Assembly (NCBI GenBank): GCA_965649225.1
Contig: CBFGJX010000010.1
Location: forward strand, 21,532 to 85,531
Source: a candidate division WOR-3 bacterium
Lineage (GTDB): Bacteria > Hydrothermota > Tepidihabitantia > Tepidihabitantales > Tepidihabitantaceae
Reading direction: 5' to 3'
DNA length: 64,000 nucleotides
A program made the position numbers and the translations under genes. Numbering within the stretch: the first letter of the stretch is position 1; each line of letters starts with the position of its first letter. The notes under the pieces are model-generated. The model was given only the letters and a program-made list of their open reading frames with translations. It searched no databases and was not told the origin of the DNA. Below are positions 29,017 to 38,834 of the stretch, in pieces.

Positions 29017-30561
29017 TCAACCGGACGAGCGGACAAAAACATCAAAACGGGCGATCTGTCCGAGCGGCCGATAGTTTGCCTCGATGAATCCGCGCAGCTC
29101 GTCAAACTCAAGTAGAGTTTCAAAAGAATCCTTGTCGTGACCAGTAACCCAAGGTGTGGCGTCGCCGTGCTCAACGATAAAGATGTCGGGCGGCGAAGCA
29201 GCCAGGGCCGTGACCAGTTCGGAGCGGAACCGGCCGGTCTGCCAGTTGACAATCAGCGGAAAATTGTAAAGAAAGCGCGTAACCGCAGGCCGACGGGACA
29301 GAAAGTAGACCATCGGTTCATAGCCCCAGACAAAAACCCGGGCCGATTCGGGCGTGTTTTCCCGCAGCCAGTCAACGAGTGCCAGATTGGCGGCAAGCGA
29401 GAAATCCCGGCCCGAATCGTGGCGACGACTGCGCCAGTAGTCTTCGAGTGCGGTGCGGTCCCGAGTGGTCTGGACAGCTTCGGCCAGCCGTGCCGGCCAA
29501 TGGACGACAAGACAGAGGCCCAGCAGCAGGCCGGCGGCGAGGGCAGGCCGCAGTACCGAACGCCGCAGCCGGAGCCCGGCTAGGCCGAAACCGGCAGCAG
29601 CAGCTGCGGCAGGCAGCAGGGGCAGGTAGTGGTACTGGAAGAACTTGCCCTGAGACCAGGTTGACGCCAGTGCGGCAATGATCCACAGGAGCAGCAGCAA
29701 GGCATTCCGTCGGCGGGAGGAAAACAATCCGGCGGCGATGGCGACCAGGCCGGCGGCAAGCAGAATCCCGGTGGGCAGCAGTGCGCGGTTGCCGTAGAGC
29801 ATCTTCAGAAACAGTGCCAGTGGACCGGTAGAGCCGTCGGTGCGCACCAGGCGGGTGTAGCCCGGCATCAGTCCAAACTGGCTTTCGATGAAAGCGGGCA
29901 TGGCGCCGGACAGAACAAGGGCGAGAATGCAGACGCCAAGCGTCATCAGCGCGCCGGTCAGTGCCAGTACAGCAGTGGTCAGGGCCCGGCGGCGGTTACG
30001 ACGCAGAAACCAATAGCCCAATCCGGCGATCAGCGGACCGAGCAACGCTACGGTGTACTTAAAACATGCAGCAGTTGCAACCAGGATGCCGAAACCGAGC
30101 CAGCAGCGGCCTCGTCCTTCCTCCAATCCAGCTTGAGCGCAGAGCAGGGCGCCAAGAACTGGCAGGTTCAGCCAGCCGTCGGTCTGGGCGGTGTGCCACC
30201 AGCCCAGTGCGGTATAACACAAAGCAAAGGCCAGCGCTGCGAAAACTCCGGCCGAATCGTCAGAGGTCAGACGCCGCAGGAGCAGAAAAAGCAACAGGGC
30301 GGTGGCGGCAAGCCAGCAAAGATCAATGAATCGCAGCGCGGTCATATTGTGGCCGAACACAACTATCGCCAGAGCATGAACAACAGTGGTCAACGGCGGC
30401 TTGACATTGAAAACGTCACGATAGACGACTTTGCCGGCAAGCATTTCGCTGGCAATGTGGGCATGGATGCCTTGATCGCGGCCGAAAGGCCAGACAAGCA
30501 TTACGGCGCCGACAATCAACGCACCCAGAACGACGACACCAATTGGCAGTAACCGCCTCAC
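29017..30561 (-). CDS. GT-C (GT39-like) membrane glycosyltransferase
   Basis: GRDQG...YRD...KPP, multiple TM helices, FF.YHYLP, VFVWG. Confidence 0.8.
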   Translation of the reverse strand: MRRLLPIGVVVLGALIVGAVMLVWPFGRDQGIHAHIASEMLAGKVVYRDVFNVKPPLTTVVHALAIVVFGHNMTALRFIDLCWLAATALLLFLLLRRLTSDDSAGVFAALAFALCYTALGWWHTAQTDGWLNLPVLGALLCAQAGLEEGRGRCWLGFGILVATAACFKYTVALLGPLIAGLGYWFLRRNRRRALTTAVLALTGALMTLGVCILALVLSGAMPAFIESQFGLMPGYTRLVRTDGSTGPLALFLKMLYGNRALLPTGILLAAGLVAIAAGLFSSRRRNALLLLLWIIAALASTWSQGKFFQYHYLPLLPAAAAAAGFGLAGLRLRRSVLRPALAAGLLLGLCLVVHWPARLAEAVQTTRDRTALEDYWRSRRHDSGRDFSLAANLALVDWLRENTPESARVFVWGYEPMVYFLSRRPAVTRFLYNFPLIVNWQTGRFRSELVTALAASPPDIFIVEHGDATPWVTGHDKDSFETLLEFDELRGFIEANYRPLGQIARFDVFVRSSG

Positions 30562-32150
30562 TGCTCCTCCGCCAGCAGGTCATTACGCAGAAAGACGTCA
30601 ACCGCAGTTGAACCCCACAGCGGCATCGGCAGAGGAAACTGCCGGATGAGCGAATAGTTCTCACCGAACCAGGGGTCGCGGTAGATGCTGTAGCGGGCAA
30701 ACGTAGCGATGGTCACAACCAGTGGTGGCTGAAGCCGTTGTATCAGCCCGGTGGGGATAACGCCGTCGCGAGGACTTGCGCGTTCCGAATCCGGGGCGGG
30801 GAGAAACGGCAGTGCCTCAGGACTGACCAGACCGCAGGCATCAATCAGCGGCCCCCGGTAATAGTAGCCGAGCGCACCGACTTCGGCGGCCGCGACGCGC
30901 TGGCGGTCATCGGGCACAATCCGGTTGAGCCAGAGTGCAGCGTCGCGATAAGCCAAGACGCGCAGTCGGACCGGATCGGTCTGGATGCCGGTGTCAAAGA
31001 CACCGCGACCAGCGACGAGATTGCCGGCTGGACCCCGTAATCCCCACAACGCTGCCAGTACCAAGGCAGCGGCGGGCCAGAAGCTCCCGGTTCGCGGTAA
31101 CAGCAACCGCAGCCGGGCAAGACCGTTCAGCAGCATCACCGAAAAAAGCACAAACAGGGGTGGATAGTACCAGGGAAATACCAAGGGGTTAGTGAACAGG
31201 TAGAAGACGAACAAGAGCAGCAGCAACATTGCAGGGGTAGTGGGGATAAGCCGTCTGAAAACAGAGTCATTGCCGGCAGAGCGGGGACGAATTACAGTGG
31301 CGGACAGCGCGGCAACCGACAGGACAATGGCAGCGATCGAGAGTGCCGAGAAGGGCAGCCGGCTGGGCGCGCCACCGACAGCCGGGTTGCCGAGCAGTCG
31401 GAATTCCAGCTCACGCAGAATGCGCCACAGACCGTAGCCTGGCGGCAGCGGATAGAGCGGCCGGGCTTTGGCAATCAGCGAATGGTAAACCGGCGTACCA
31501 TAGAGTGTCGTGCCCAGAATCAGCCAGATACAACCGGGCAAAAGCAGTCCAATGAGCGTCAGGAGCGGTTTCGGCCGACCGGCGACCAGCCAGCAGCCGG
31601 CTGTTAGCAGAACAAGTGTCGCGCCCTCGGGCCGGGCAAGGATTGACAACCCGGCCAGTAGCCCAGCCAGAGGAAAAGAGCTTCGAGACAGCGCCCACAG
31701 CGTCCAGACAACCAGGGCGGAAAAGAGCAGAGACTCCATCCCGCCCAGCGAAGCACGCAGCAGGTCAAAACGGAGCGCAATCAGACCAGCGGCTACAGTA
31801 CCGGTTGTCGGGCCAAGCAGACGGCGGAGCAGCAGCAGCAGTCCGAAAGCGAAGGCGAGATATGAAAGCGCATTGCCCCGGACAGCGATATCGGGCGTGG
31901 GCACGGCGGGCAGGGCGGCTTTTGCCATCGCCAATACAGCAAGAAAGAGTGGGGTTGAAACGCCAAAGACCCTTTCGCCGGGATTGTAGACCAGTCCGCG
32001 GCCGGCAATCAAATTGTCGACATAGCGGTAAATGATGAAACCGTCGTCCTCGGGCAGAATCGGTGCGGTCAGGTGCACGACGAGAGAGAACGCAACGCTC
32101 AGAGCAAAAAAAACCAAGGCCGTCCGCGCAACAAAAAGACCGGGTTTCAT
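30558..32150 (-). CDS. GT-C-like membrane protein (arabinofuranosyl/mannosyltransferase-like)
   Basis: EDDGFIIYRY..N...G.GLVYN.GERV.G, GMES, RPEG, GALGYY..IDACGL. Confidence 0.78.
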   Translation of the reverse strand: MKPGLFVARTALVFFALSVAFSLVVHLTAPILPEDDGFIIYRYVDNLIAGRGLVYNPGERVFGVSTPLFLAVLAMAKAALPAVPTPDIAVRGNALSYLAFAFGLLLLLRRLLGPTTGTVAAGLIALRFDLLRASLGGMESLLFSALVVWTLWALSRSSFPLAGLLAGLSILARPEGATLVLLTAGCWLVAGRPKPLLTLIGLLLPGCIWLILGTTLYGTPVYHSLIAKARPLYPLPPGYGLWRILRELEFRLLGNPAVGGAPSRLPFSALSIAAIVLSVAALSATVIRPRSAGNDSVFRRLIPTTPAMLLLLLFVFYLFTNPLVFPWYYPPLFVLFSVMLLNGLARLRLLLPRTGSFWPAAALVLAALWGLRGPAGNLVAGRGVFDTGIQTDPVRLRVLAYRDAALWLNRIVPDDRQRVAAAEVGALGYYYRGPLIDACGLVSPEALPFLPAPDSERASPRDGVIPTGLIQRLQPPLVVTIATFARYSIYRDPWFGENYSLIRQFPLPMPLWGSTAVDVFLRNDLLAEEQ

Positions 32151-32318
32151 TGCTCAACCGCAACCCGGGCAATCAACCAGGCGGCGACAGGCTGGCCGGA
32201 AATGTGATCAGTCACCGCGGCGGTTCCGTCTTTGCATTGTCGTATGGCAAACTTTTGCCAGTGGAATTCGCCTTGTCAAGCCTGCCGGTGGCTTGACCGC
32301 ACGCAACCGGCCGATAAG

Positions 32319-33632
32319 ATGCTGAGCAACGTGGAAGGCACTACCGATTTCTCTGCGCGTACGCTTGACGCCGGCTTCGAGGCCGTTGATCGGCTTGAGG
32401 TCGAGCGCCTGCGTCGCATCATTGCAGCCAAAGAGCCGGGTTCGACCCTGCTCGGGTTGAGCGACGAGGACTTGTTTGTACGACTGGGCGGGCTCGTCGG
32501 CGACGGCGAACGCCGCCTCACTGTGGCCGGGCTGCTGGTCGCCGGCCGCGAGGAAGCACTGCGCCGGTTCGTTCCCGGTCATGAGGCGGTGTACCTACGG
32601 ATGCAGTCTGACACCGCCTACGACAAACGGATTGATTCGGCGAAACCGTTGCTGGCGCTGTTAGAGCAGTTCACGCAGGCAGTTGAACCGCACAACCGTA
32701 TCGTCACACTCAAGTTCGGCCTGTTTCACTTCGAAATTCCCGACTTTCCCGAGGAAGTCTACCGCGAGGCGCTGCTGAACGCGTTCACCCACCGCGACTA
32801 TCAACGCACCGCTCCGGTCTACCTGCGGCAGTTCGCCGACCGGCTCGAGATTTCTTCGCCGGGCGGTTTCTGGGGGGATGTGCATCCGGGCAACATTCTA
32901 GGTCACGAGCCGGTCAGTCGCAACCGCCTGCTCGCCGAGATGTTGCAGAAGGTGCGTCTGGTTGAGCGCGCCGGGATGGGTGTCAAGCGGATGTATCACA
33001 TTCTGCTCTCCTACGGCAAGGAGCCGCCGTCCTACGAGTCGGGCGCGGACTTCGTTCGCGTTACCCTGCGCTCCGGCCGCACGGTCGGGGCCAATGGACA
33101 GGAAACCCCGGCGATAGACGAAACCTTTGCCCGGTTTGTTGTTGACCGCCAGCAGGAGGGCCGCGAACTGACTCTCGCCGACCTGCTTATTCTGACATGG
33201 CTGAAGCGTAACCGCGAGATTGACCTGGGTGAGGCCGAGCGGTTGCTGCAGCGCAGCGAAAACGAGGCACGCGAGGCGCTCAACTCGATGATTACCCGCG
33301 AACTGCTTGAGCCTTTCGGGGAGAAGAAGGGCCGGGTCTACCGGCTGTCCAAGAGCGCTTACCAGAAACTGCGCAAGACCGTCACCTACTCGATCTTCCG
33401 ACGTGCCGAGGCGGCATTCGCCGAGAGCGCAATAATGGCCTACCTCGAAGAGCTGCCCGGCCCCGAAGACAAGCGATTCGTAACCAACGAGATTGTCCGC
33501 ACGTTGTTGCGCGTCAGTCCATCGCAGTCGGGGTATCTGCTCGCGAGTCTGGTAAAGAAGGGTAAGTTGGTGCTTCGCGGTCGCGGCCGGGCGGCAAAGT
33601 ATTACCGGAGCCGGCAGCTCTCGGTGTTCTAA
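32319..33632 (+). CDS. RecG-C/HATPase_c_4 plus winged-helix protein, apparently lacking the usual N-terminal AlbA_2 domain; start uncertain
   Basis: REALLNAFTHRDY, EISSPGG, SRNRLLA, ERAGMG, two C-terminal wHTH-like regions. Confidence 0.75.
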   Translation: MLSNVEGTTDFSARTLDAGFEAVDRLEVERLRRIIAAKEPGSTLLGLSDEDLFVRLGGLVGDGERRLTVAGLLVAGREEALRRFVPGHEAVYLRMQSDTAYDKRIDSAKPLLALLEQFTQAVEPHNRIVTLKFGLFHFEIPDFPEEVYREALLNAFTHRDYQRTAPVYLRQFADRLEISSPGGFWGDVHPGNILGHEPVSRNRLLAEMLQKVRLVERAGMGVKRMYHILLSYGKEPPSYESGADFVRVTLRSGRTVGANGQETPAIDETFARFVVDRQQEGRELTLADLLILTWLKRNREIDLGEAERLLQRSENEAREALNSMITRELLEPFGEKKGRVYRLSKSAYQKLRKTVTYSIFRRAEAAFAESAIMAYLEELPGPEDKRFVTNEIVRTLLRVSPSQSGYLLASLVKKGKLVLRGRGRAAKYYRSRQLSVF

Positions 33633-33677
33633 CTCGCGGTTCTTCTGCGATTCCGAACTTGGTAGAACTTCCCTGAT

Positions 33678-34346
33678 TCAGCCGGGGACCTTGCGGCGGC
33701 GGATTTTTCGAGCGACTATGACCACGAAGCTCGCGCCGGGGTGCCAGCCAAAGAGTGGCGGTCGGGCTGCGGGCTGTTCGTCGGGTCCTTCGAAAAGAGT
33801 GGAGATGACGTTCTCGACCTCAAAACCGGCCGCTTCGGTTAATGCTCGGACGGTCTGGTAATCGCCGAACCGGGCATGGCGGAAGAGGTGATGGCCGGAC
33901 CGGGCTTTCTGGATATAGCGGGCGGCCCATTTGCCGTTGCGGTCGAGCCAAGCGTTGACCAGCCGGCCGCCGGGATAGAGTACGCGACGGGCCTGAGCCA
34001 GAACCGCTGCCGGCCGGGAAAGAAATTCCCAGGTGGTGAGCAGGAAAACTGTACCGAACTTGCCGGCAGCGAAGGGCAACTTTTCCCCCCGACCAAGGAT
34101 GGTGCGGATGCCGCGGCGGCGGGCAATGGCAAGCAGTTTTTTTGAGGGGTCAATGCCGAGCGGGATTTTGAGTCTTTCGGCAAAACGACCGGAGCCTACG
34201 CCAATTTCAAACCAGGGTTGGGGCAGGGCGGGAAGAAGCGGTCGAAGCGCAGCGAGTTCGGTAGCGAAAGCGGCGCGGCCCGGGCCGTCGTACCAGGCGT
34301 CGTATTTCTCTGCAACCGCGTCGAATGGTGACTCTTCGTGCGACAT
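33678..34346 (-). CDS. Class I SAM-dependent methyltransferase
   Basis: YDAWY, EIGVGSGRF, GIDPS, GEKLPF. Confidence 0.88.
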   Translation of the reverse strand: MSHEESPFDAVAEKYDAWYDGPGRAAFATELAALRPLLPALPQPWFEIGVGSGRFAERLKIPLGIDPSKKLLAIARRRGIRTILGRGEKLPFAAGKFGTVFLLTTWEFLSRPAAVLAQARRVLYPGGRLVNAWLDRNGKWAARYIQKARSGHHLFRHARFGDYQTVRALTEAAGFEVENVISTLFEGPDEQPAARPPLFGWHPGASFVVIVARKIRRRKVPG

Positions 34347-34372
34347 CAAACGGGTGCGCCGGGCTGGGGCAG

Positions 34373-34741
34373 TCAGAGCGTGATTACAGTGTATCCGGCT
34401 TCGAGCCAGCGGGCGATCGAGGGGTGACCGTTCATCTCGTCACTGGTGCGCAATCCCTGTTCGATGCAGGCGGGCAGGACGCCGTTGCGGGCCGCACAGG
34501 CTTTGCAGACAGAATCGATGACGCCGTGTTTGAGGGCGCGGTGCCATTCGACCGAGCCGGGTTTGGTTTCGTTGCGCAGGAGCGAGACCAGCCGGGTGGA
34601 GTCGCCTTCGATGACGACGCGGACGTCCCAGCCGCGCTGGTGCATGTCGAGCGCGTTGAGGAGCAGGTGAATGAAGGCGGTGGGGTTGTCGGAGAAGGTA
34701 AAGAATGCAACCTTGCGGGCAGTGGAAGGGTCAGGGCTCAT
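34373..34741 (-). CDS. DsrE-like small protein
   Basis: H.LLNALD, VCKACA, GHPS..GY.VI. Confidence 0.75.
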   Translation of the reverse strand: MSPDPSTARKVAFFTFSDNPTAFIHLLLNALDMHQRGWDVRVVIEGDSTRLVSLLRNETKPGSVEWHRALKHGVIDSVCKACAARNGVLPACIEQGLRTSDEMNGHPSIARWLEAGYTVITL

Positions 34742-35562
34742 TTTTTCTCCTTGTTTTGAGCAGCAAATTCAATCACACGACGGACGATGTCTGCCATTGC
34801 CCGGGCCGCCGCCGATTCGGGCCGGGTAAGCACCCAGGGTTGACCGCTGTCGCCCGCCTCGACAATCGCCGGGTCAAGCGGAATCCGGCCGAGCAGCGGG
34901 ACTAGCATTTCCCGGGCCATTCTGGCGCCACCGTCTCGCTTAAAGAGATCAATCTCTCCCCCGCAATGCGGACAGGCAAGCCCGCTCATGTTTTCAATCA
35001 CGCCGATGACCGGCAGGCGAAGCAGTCGGGCGAAGTTAAGCGCCTTGCGCGAGTCGAGCAGCGCAATTTCCTGGGGGGTGGTGACAACGATCGCTGCAGT
35101 TGAGGGAATGAGCTGGGCCACTGAGAGCGGTTCGTCACCGGTGCCGGGGGGGGAGTCGATTATCAGCCAGTCGAGTTCGCCCCAGTCAACATCGGTGAGA
35201 AACTGGCGGATAACAGCCATTTTCAGCGGTCCGCGCCAGACGACGGGCGAGTCTTCAGTCTGCAGAAGCATTGCCATGGACATCACCGCGACACCCTCGG
35301 GTCCGGTTGCTGGTTTCATCCGCCCGGCAGCCGTCAGTTCGGGCTGGCCGGCGGTGATGCCGAGCATACGAGCGGTGTTAGGGCCATGGATATCGGCGTC
35401 AAGCACGCCGACTTTCTGACCAGCCCGGGCAAGGCCAAGGGCGAGATTAACGGCCACGGTGGTTTTGCCGACGCCCCCCTTTCCCGAGAATACCAGCAGA
35501 CGGTTGCTAATGGTGGCGAGGCTTTGAGCAAGTTGCTGTTCAGCAGGATCAGGTCCGGTCAA
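34738..35562 (-). CDS. Mrp/NBP35 (ApbC) Fe-S cluster carrier ATPase
   Basis: [38 protein letters not shown]. Confidence 0.95.
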   Translation of the reverse strand: MTGPDPAEQQLAQSLATISNRLLVFSGKGGVGKTTVAVNLALGLARAGQKVGVLDADIHGPNTARMLGITAGQPELTAAGRMKPATGPEGVAVMSMAMLLQTEDSPVVWRGPLKMAVIRQFLTDVDWGELDWLIIDSPPGTGDEPLSVAQLIPSTAAIVVTTPQEIALLDSRKALNFARLLRLPVIGVIENMSGLACPHCGGEIDLFKRDGGARMAREMLVPLLGRIPLDPAIVEAGDSGQPWVLTRPESAAARAMADIVRRVIEFAAQNKEKK

Positions 35563-35668
35563 GTTGCAGCTCCTTTTGTTCGATTCATTCGTGGTTCGAC
35601 TTCAGAATGGTAGCCCGAGGTGCAGTGCGAGTCAATTGACCGGGATTTGACATCGGGTATGCTCTGGA

Positions 35669-36772
35669 ATGATGAGCGGTCTGTTGCTTGCAGCGCTGAT
35701 CACTGCCGCACCGGAACTGCGGGTGGCTTATGTTGCGACAACCAAGTGCGCGCCACTTTATAACGCCTGTCTGGAGAGCAAGGAATTCAGTCGCCACTAC
35801 GGCCTGAGTTTCGTTCCGGTACGACCTCCGACAGATTACCAGCTGGTTGAACAGGGCCGGCCGTCACTGGAAGTGCGGCTGGTCAGGTGTGCTACCGACA
35901 GCGAAGCTTATCAACTGGTGCGGCAGGGTCATTGCGAACTCGGGCTTTTGAATGTCGAGGCGGTGCTGGCCGGTGTGTTGCGGCGTGAGCCGGTTCGGAT
36001 TCTTGCGCCGGTGCAGAACCGGGGGGACATGCTGGTTGTCGGGCCGACAATGGTAGCGGATTCGTGGCGGGATTTTCTCAAGAGTCTGCGGGTGGCGTCG
36101 TCGGTGGTGCCGGTGGGGTACCTGGGCAAAGAGTCGATTTCGATGCTGGCACTGGAGTGGGCGTTGAAGCTGGAGAATATTCCATCGGCACGTGATGGCG
36201 TACCCGATACCGGCCGGGTTGATCTGCGGCGTTACAGTGAGCGGGAGAAGCTGGCCCGCGACCTGGCGGCGGGGGTGCTGACAGCAGCGGTGGTGCAGGA
36301 GCCGGATGCGGTGGGGCTTGCGCAGTGCCCGGGTGTGCGTCGGGTATGTGAGATTCACGATTTGCCGCCGAACTGGTTTGCCGGCCGGCCCGGGGTGGTG
36401 GCAGCTGCGGCTGATTCGGTTGTCGCAGTGCGGCGCGGGGAGGTCGAACGGCTGCTTGAGGTGCTGGCTGTCGCGACCCACTATACCAACAACCACAACC
36501 ACCGGACCGCCGTGAACTGCGCCCGCTGGCTGGGGACAGCTTTTGCTCAGGAAAGCACGGCACTGGCGGTGATCGGATTTACTTCAGTGCCGACCTTTGG
36601 CTTCAAGGACGGAGTCTGGAACTGGTACTTCGCCCAGCGGCTGCGGGGCGCAGTGCCAGCCGGCCTGGACAGTTTCATGTCGGTTGAAGAATGGCTGGGT
36701 GTGCCCTGGGACAGTTTTCCCGGCCGGGCGGCACGGGAACGGGCCGGCGCCCGGATTGTGCCCCGGCGCTAA
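35669..36772 (+). CDS. Periplasmic substrate-binding-like protein (NMT1/SsuA-like)
   Basis: Signal peptide, LRVAY, AAVVQEP. Leaderless TTGACC-N16-TATGCT-N5-ATG. Confidence 0.6.
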   Translation: MMSGLLLAALITAAPELRVAYVATTKCAPLYNACLESKEFSRHYGLSFVPVRPPTDYQLVEQGRPSLEVRLVRCATDSEAYQLVRQGHCELGLLNVEAVLAGVLRREPVRILAPVQNRGDMLVVGPTMVADSWRDFLKSLRVASSVVPVGYLGKESISMLALEWALKLENIPSARDGVPDTGRVDLRRYSEREKLARDLAAGVLTAAVVQEPDAVGLAQCPGVRRVCEIHDLPPNWFAGRPGVVAAAADSVVAVRRGEVERLLEVLAVATHYTNNHNHRTAVNCARWLGTAFAQESTALAVIGFTSVPTFGFKDGVWNWYFAQRLRGAVPAGLDSFMSVEEWLGVPWDSFPGRAARERAGARIVPRR

Positions 36773-38004
36773 GGTTCGGGCGGGCGAATCAGCACGGCCG
36801 AGCCGTCGGCGCAAAGCACTTCCGCCGGCCGGCCGACACTCATAAACTCGACCAGCGACATTGTCCGGCCATAGGCGCCGGCACAGAAAAAGCCGATGCA
36901 GTCTCCCGGTTCGGGTTCGGGCAGCGCAATGTCACGGCCGATGCAGTCAAGCGGTGTACAGATCGGGCCGCAGATGTCGAAGTTGCCGGCCGGAAGCATT
37001 TCCGGCCGGCTGACCAGTCGTGCCGGATGGGGGATGCGCATTACTACCGGTCGGGAGAAGGCATTGAAACCACCATCAGTGATGATGAAGCTGCGACCGC
37101 GGGAGTGTTTGATCCGGATTACCCGGGTCAGGAATACTCCGGCTTCAGCCACCAACCAGCGGCCGGACTCAATGACTGCCCGACAGCGGTCTGGCGCCAG
37201 CGAACCACGGCGAATCTTCTGCCAGACTGCTGCGACCCGGGCGAGGTCGAGTTCCTGCTGGCTTTCGCCGTAGGGGATACCAAAGCCGCCGCCGAAATCG
37301 ACGCATTCCAGTTCAATGCCAAGCTCGGAGCTGATTCTTTCCGCCAGACCTCCGACATACTCGAGGTGACCAGCCAGCCAGTCGGCGTCCAAGACCTGGC
37401 TGGCGGAATAAACCTGAATACCGGCAATGCGAACATTGCGCAGTCGCAGTGAGCCGACCTCGTCGATGACGGTTTCTTCGTCGAAGCCGAATTTGCTCGG
37501 GCCGCCAACCATGACTTCCTTGGCTTCGGGGCGGGTTTCACGGGTATTGATCCTCAGCAGGGCCCGAACCGGCTGTTCAAGACCGGCTGCTGCCGCCTCG
37601 AGCCACTCCAGTTCACCCGGCCAGTCAACGACGACGGCGTAGATTCGGCTTTCTACCGCCAGCCGAATGTCGCCGCTGGTTTTGGCCGGGCCGACCCAAA
37701 CGATGTCGTTGGGCGCAATGCCGGCGGCGAGCGCGGCCCGGAGTTCACCGGCTGACGAGATTTCGGCCCCGGCACCGCAGCTGCCCAGCAGGCGGACGAT
37801 TGCCGGGTTGGGATTAGCCTTGACCGAGTAGCAGATTTTCACATCGGGGAGGTTCTGCTGGAGGTGGTTGAACCGGGTGCGGATGAGTCGGGTGGAGTAG
37901 GCATACTGAGGCGTGCCGCCGACGGCAATCAGCCGGTCGAGCCCGACGCCGTCGACGCTGAAACGGCCGTCGCTGAAGAAGTGCCTTTCAATCAGAGGAT
38001 TCAT
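36769..38004 (-). CDS. Fold-type III PLP-dependent decarboxylase (LysA-like; BtrK/SbnH/TIGR03099-type motif)
   Basis: YSVKAN, SKFG, FGGGFG, ESGR, GPICTPLD, GAYG. Confidence 0.88.
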   Translation of the reverse strand: MNPLIERHFFSDGRFSVDGVGLDRLIAVGGTPQYAYSTRLIRTRFNHLQQNLPDVKICYSVKANPNPAIVRLLGSCGAGAEISSAGELRAALAAGIAPNDIVWVGPAKTSGDIRLAVESRIYAVVVDWPGELEWLEAAAAGLEQPVRALLRINTRETRPEAKEVMVGGPSKFGFDEETVIDEVGSLRLRNVRIAGIQVYSASQVLDADWLAGHLEYVGGLAERISSELGIELECVDFGGGFGIPYGESQQELDLARVAAVWQKIRRGSLAPDRCRAVIESGRWLVAEAGVFLTRVIRIKHSRGRSFIITDGGFNAFSRPVVMRIPHPARLVSRPEMLPAGNFDICGPICTPLDCIGRDIALPEPEPGDCIGFFCAGAYGRTMSLVEFMSVGRPAEVLCADGSAVLIRPPEP

Positions 38005-38019
38005 TGCCGATGATGCCGG

Positions 38020-38826
38020 TCACTCCCGGCGATAAACCTCAATCGTACTTGTGCCCTGAAAAATGTAAAACGGAAACGGCTCGGCTACCACCGCATCAAT
38101 GCCGACCGAGCGGCAGTACTCCCCGCCAAAGTTGGCGCCGGTTTCGGCAAAGACGAGCAGCCGGGTACCGGCACGGCGGGCCTGGTCGACGATCAACTCC
38201 AGCGAATCTGTGGCGATCGTCATGCCGGTGACAATCGCGAGGTCACAGTCACGGACCAGATCGAAGGTCCGGGTGCCGTCTTCCACCCGGACGCCATGGA
38301 CTTCAGTGCCAACGGTGTCACGTTCCAGGTCAGTGGCAAAGACTTCACAGCCACGCTGCTGGAGTTCACGGACGATGTTGCCGACAAGGCCGACATTGAC
38401 TACCCGGGGCCGGCGGCAGGCAATGCTGGCCAGCAGACGATCGGCTTCGTGCATGATGATGCCGGTCCGGGCGCTGGTTTTTTCTACCGGGTTGCCGACA
38501 ATCTGATAGCGGGCTGCTGGATGTCGCTCGAGCGAGGCATAGAGCGAGTCGAGCACGGCGATAGCGATGCAGGTTTTGGTCTGCAGAACTGAACGCGCAT
38601 CGGTACCGACCAGCCGGTGACCCCGTTCATCGTCGCCGGTACAGTAGCAGCAGCCCTGACCGCGGGTCATCGCCAGCCAGAAGGTGTACTGAAAAGTCCT
38701 CTCGGCCGGGTTGGGTTTGAAGGCAAGTTCAACTTTCCAGGTGCCACGGATGAGAAAATCGCTGTCCGGTGCGCCGGCCAGCTGCTCAAAGGCACGCTGA
38801 CGGAGCAGTTCGAAAATGTCGGTCAT
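38020..38826 (-). CDS. DUF364-like Rossmann-fold protein
   Basis: VVNVG, DLAIVTGMT...LE.I, ETGAN. Confidence 0.65.
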   Translation of the reverse strand: MTDIFELLRQRAFEQLAGAPDSDFLIRGTWKVELAFKPNPAERTFQYTFWLAMTRGQGCCYCTGDDERGHRLVGTDARSVLQTKTCIAIAVLDSLYASLERHPAARYQIVGNPVEKTSARTGIIMHEADRLLASIACRRPRVVNVGLVGNIVRELQQRGCEVFATDLERDTVGTEVHGVRVEDGTRTFDLVRDCDLAIVTGMTIATDSLELIVDQARRAGTRLLVFAETGANFGGEYCRSVGIDAVVAEPFPFYIFQGTSTIEVYRRE

Positions 38827-38834
38827 CGGTTTGT

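Noticed and set aside
36769..38004. Naming this gene lysA
   Set aside because: Active-site motifs differ from DAP decarboxylase, so only the family is called.
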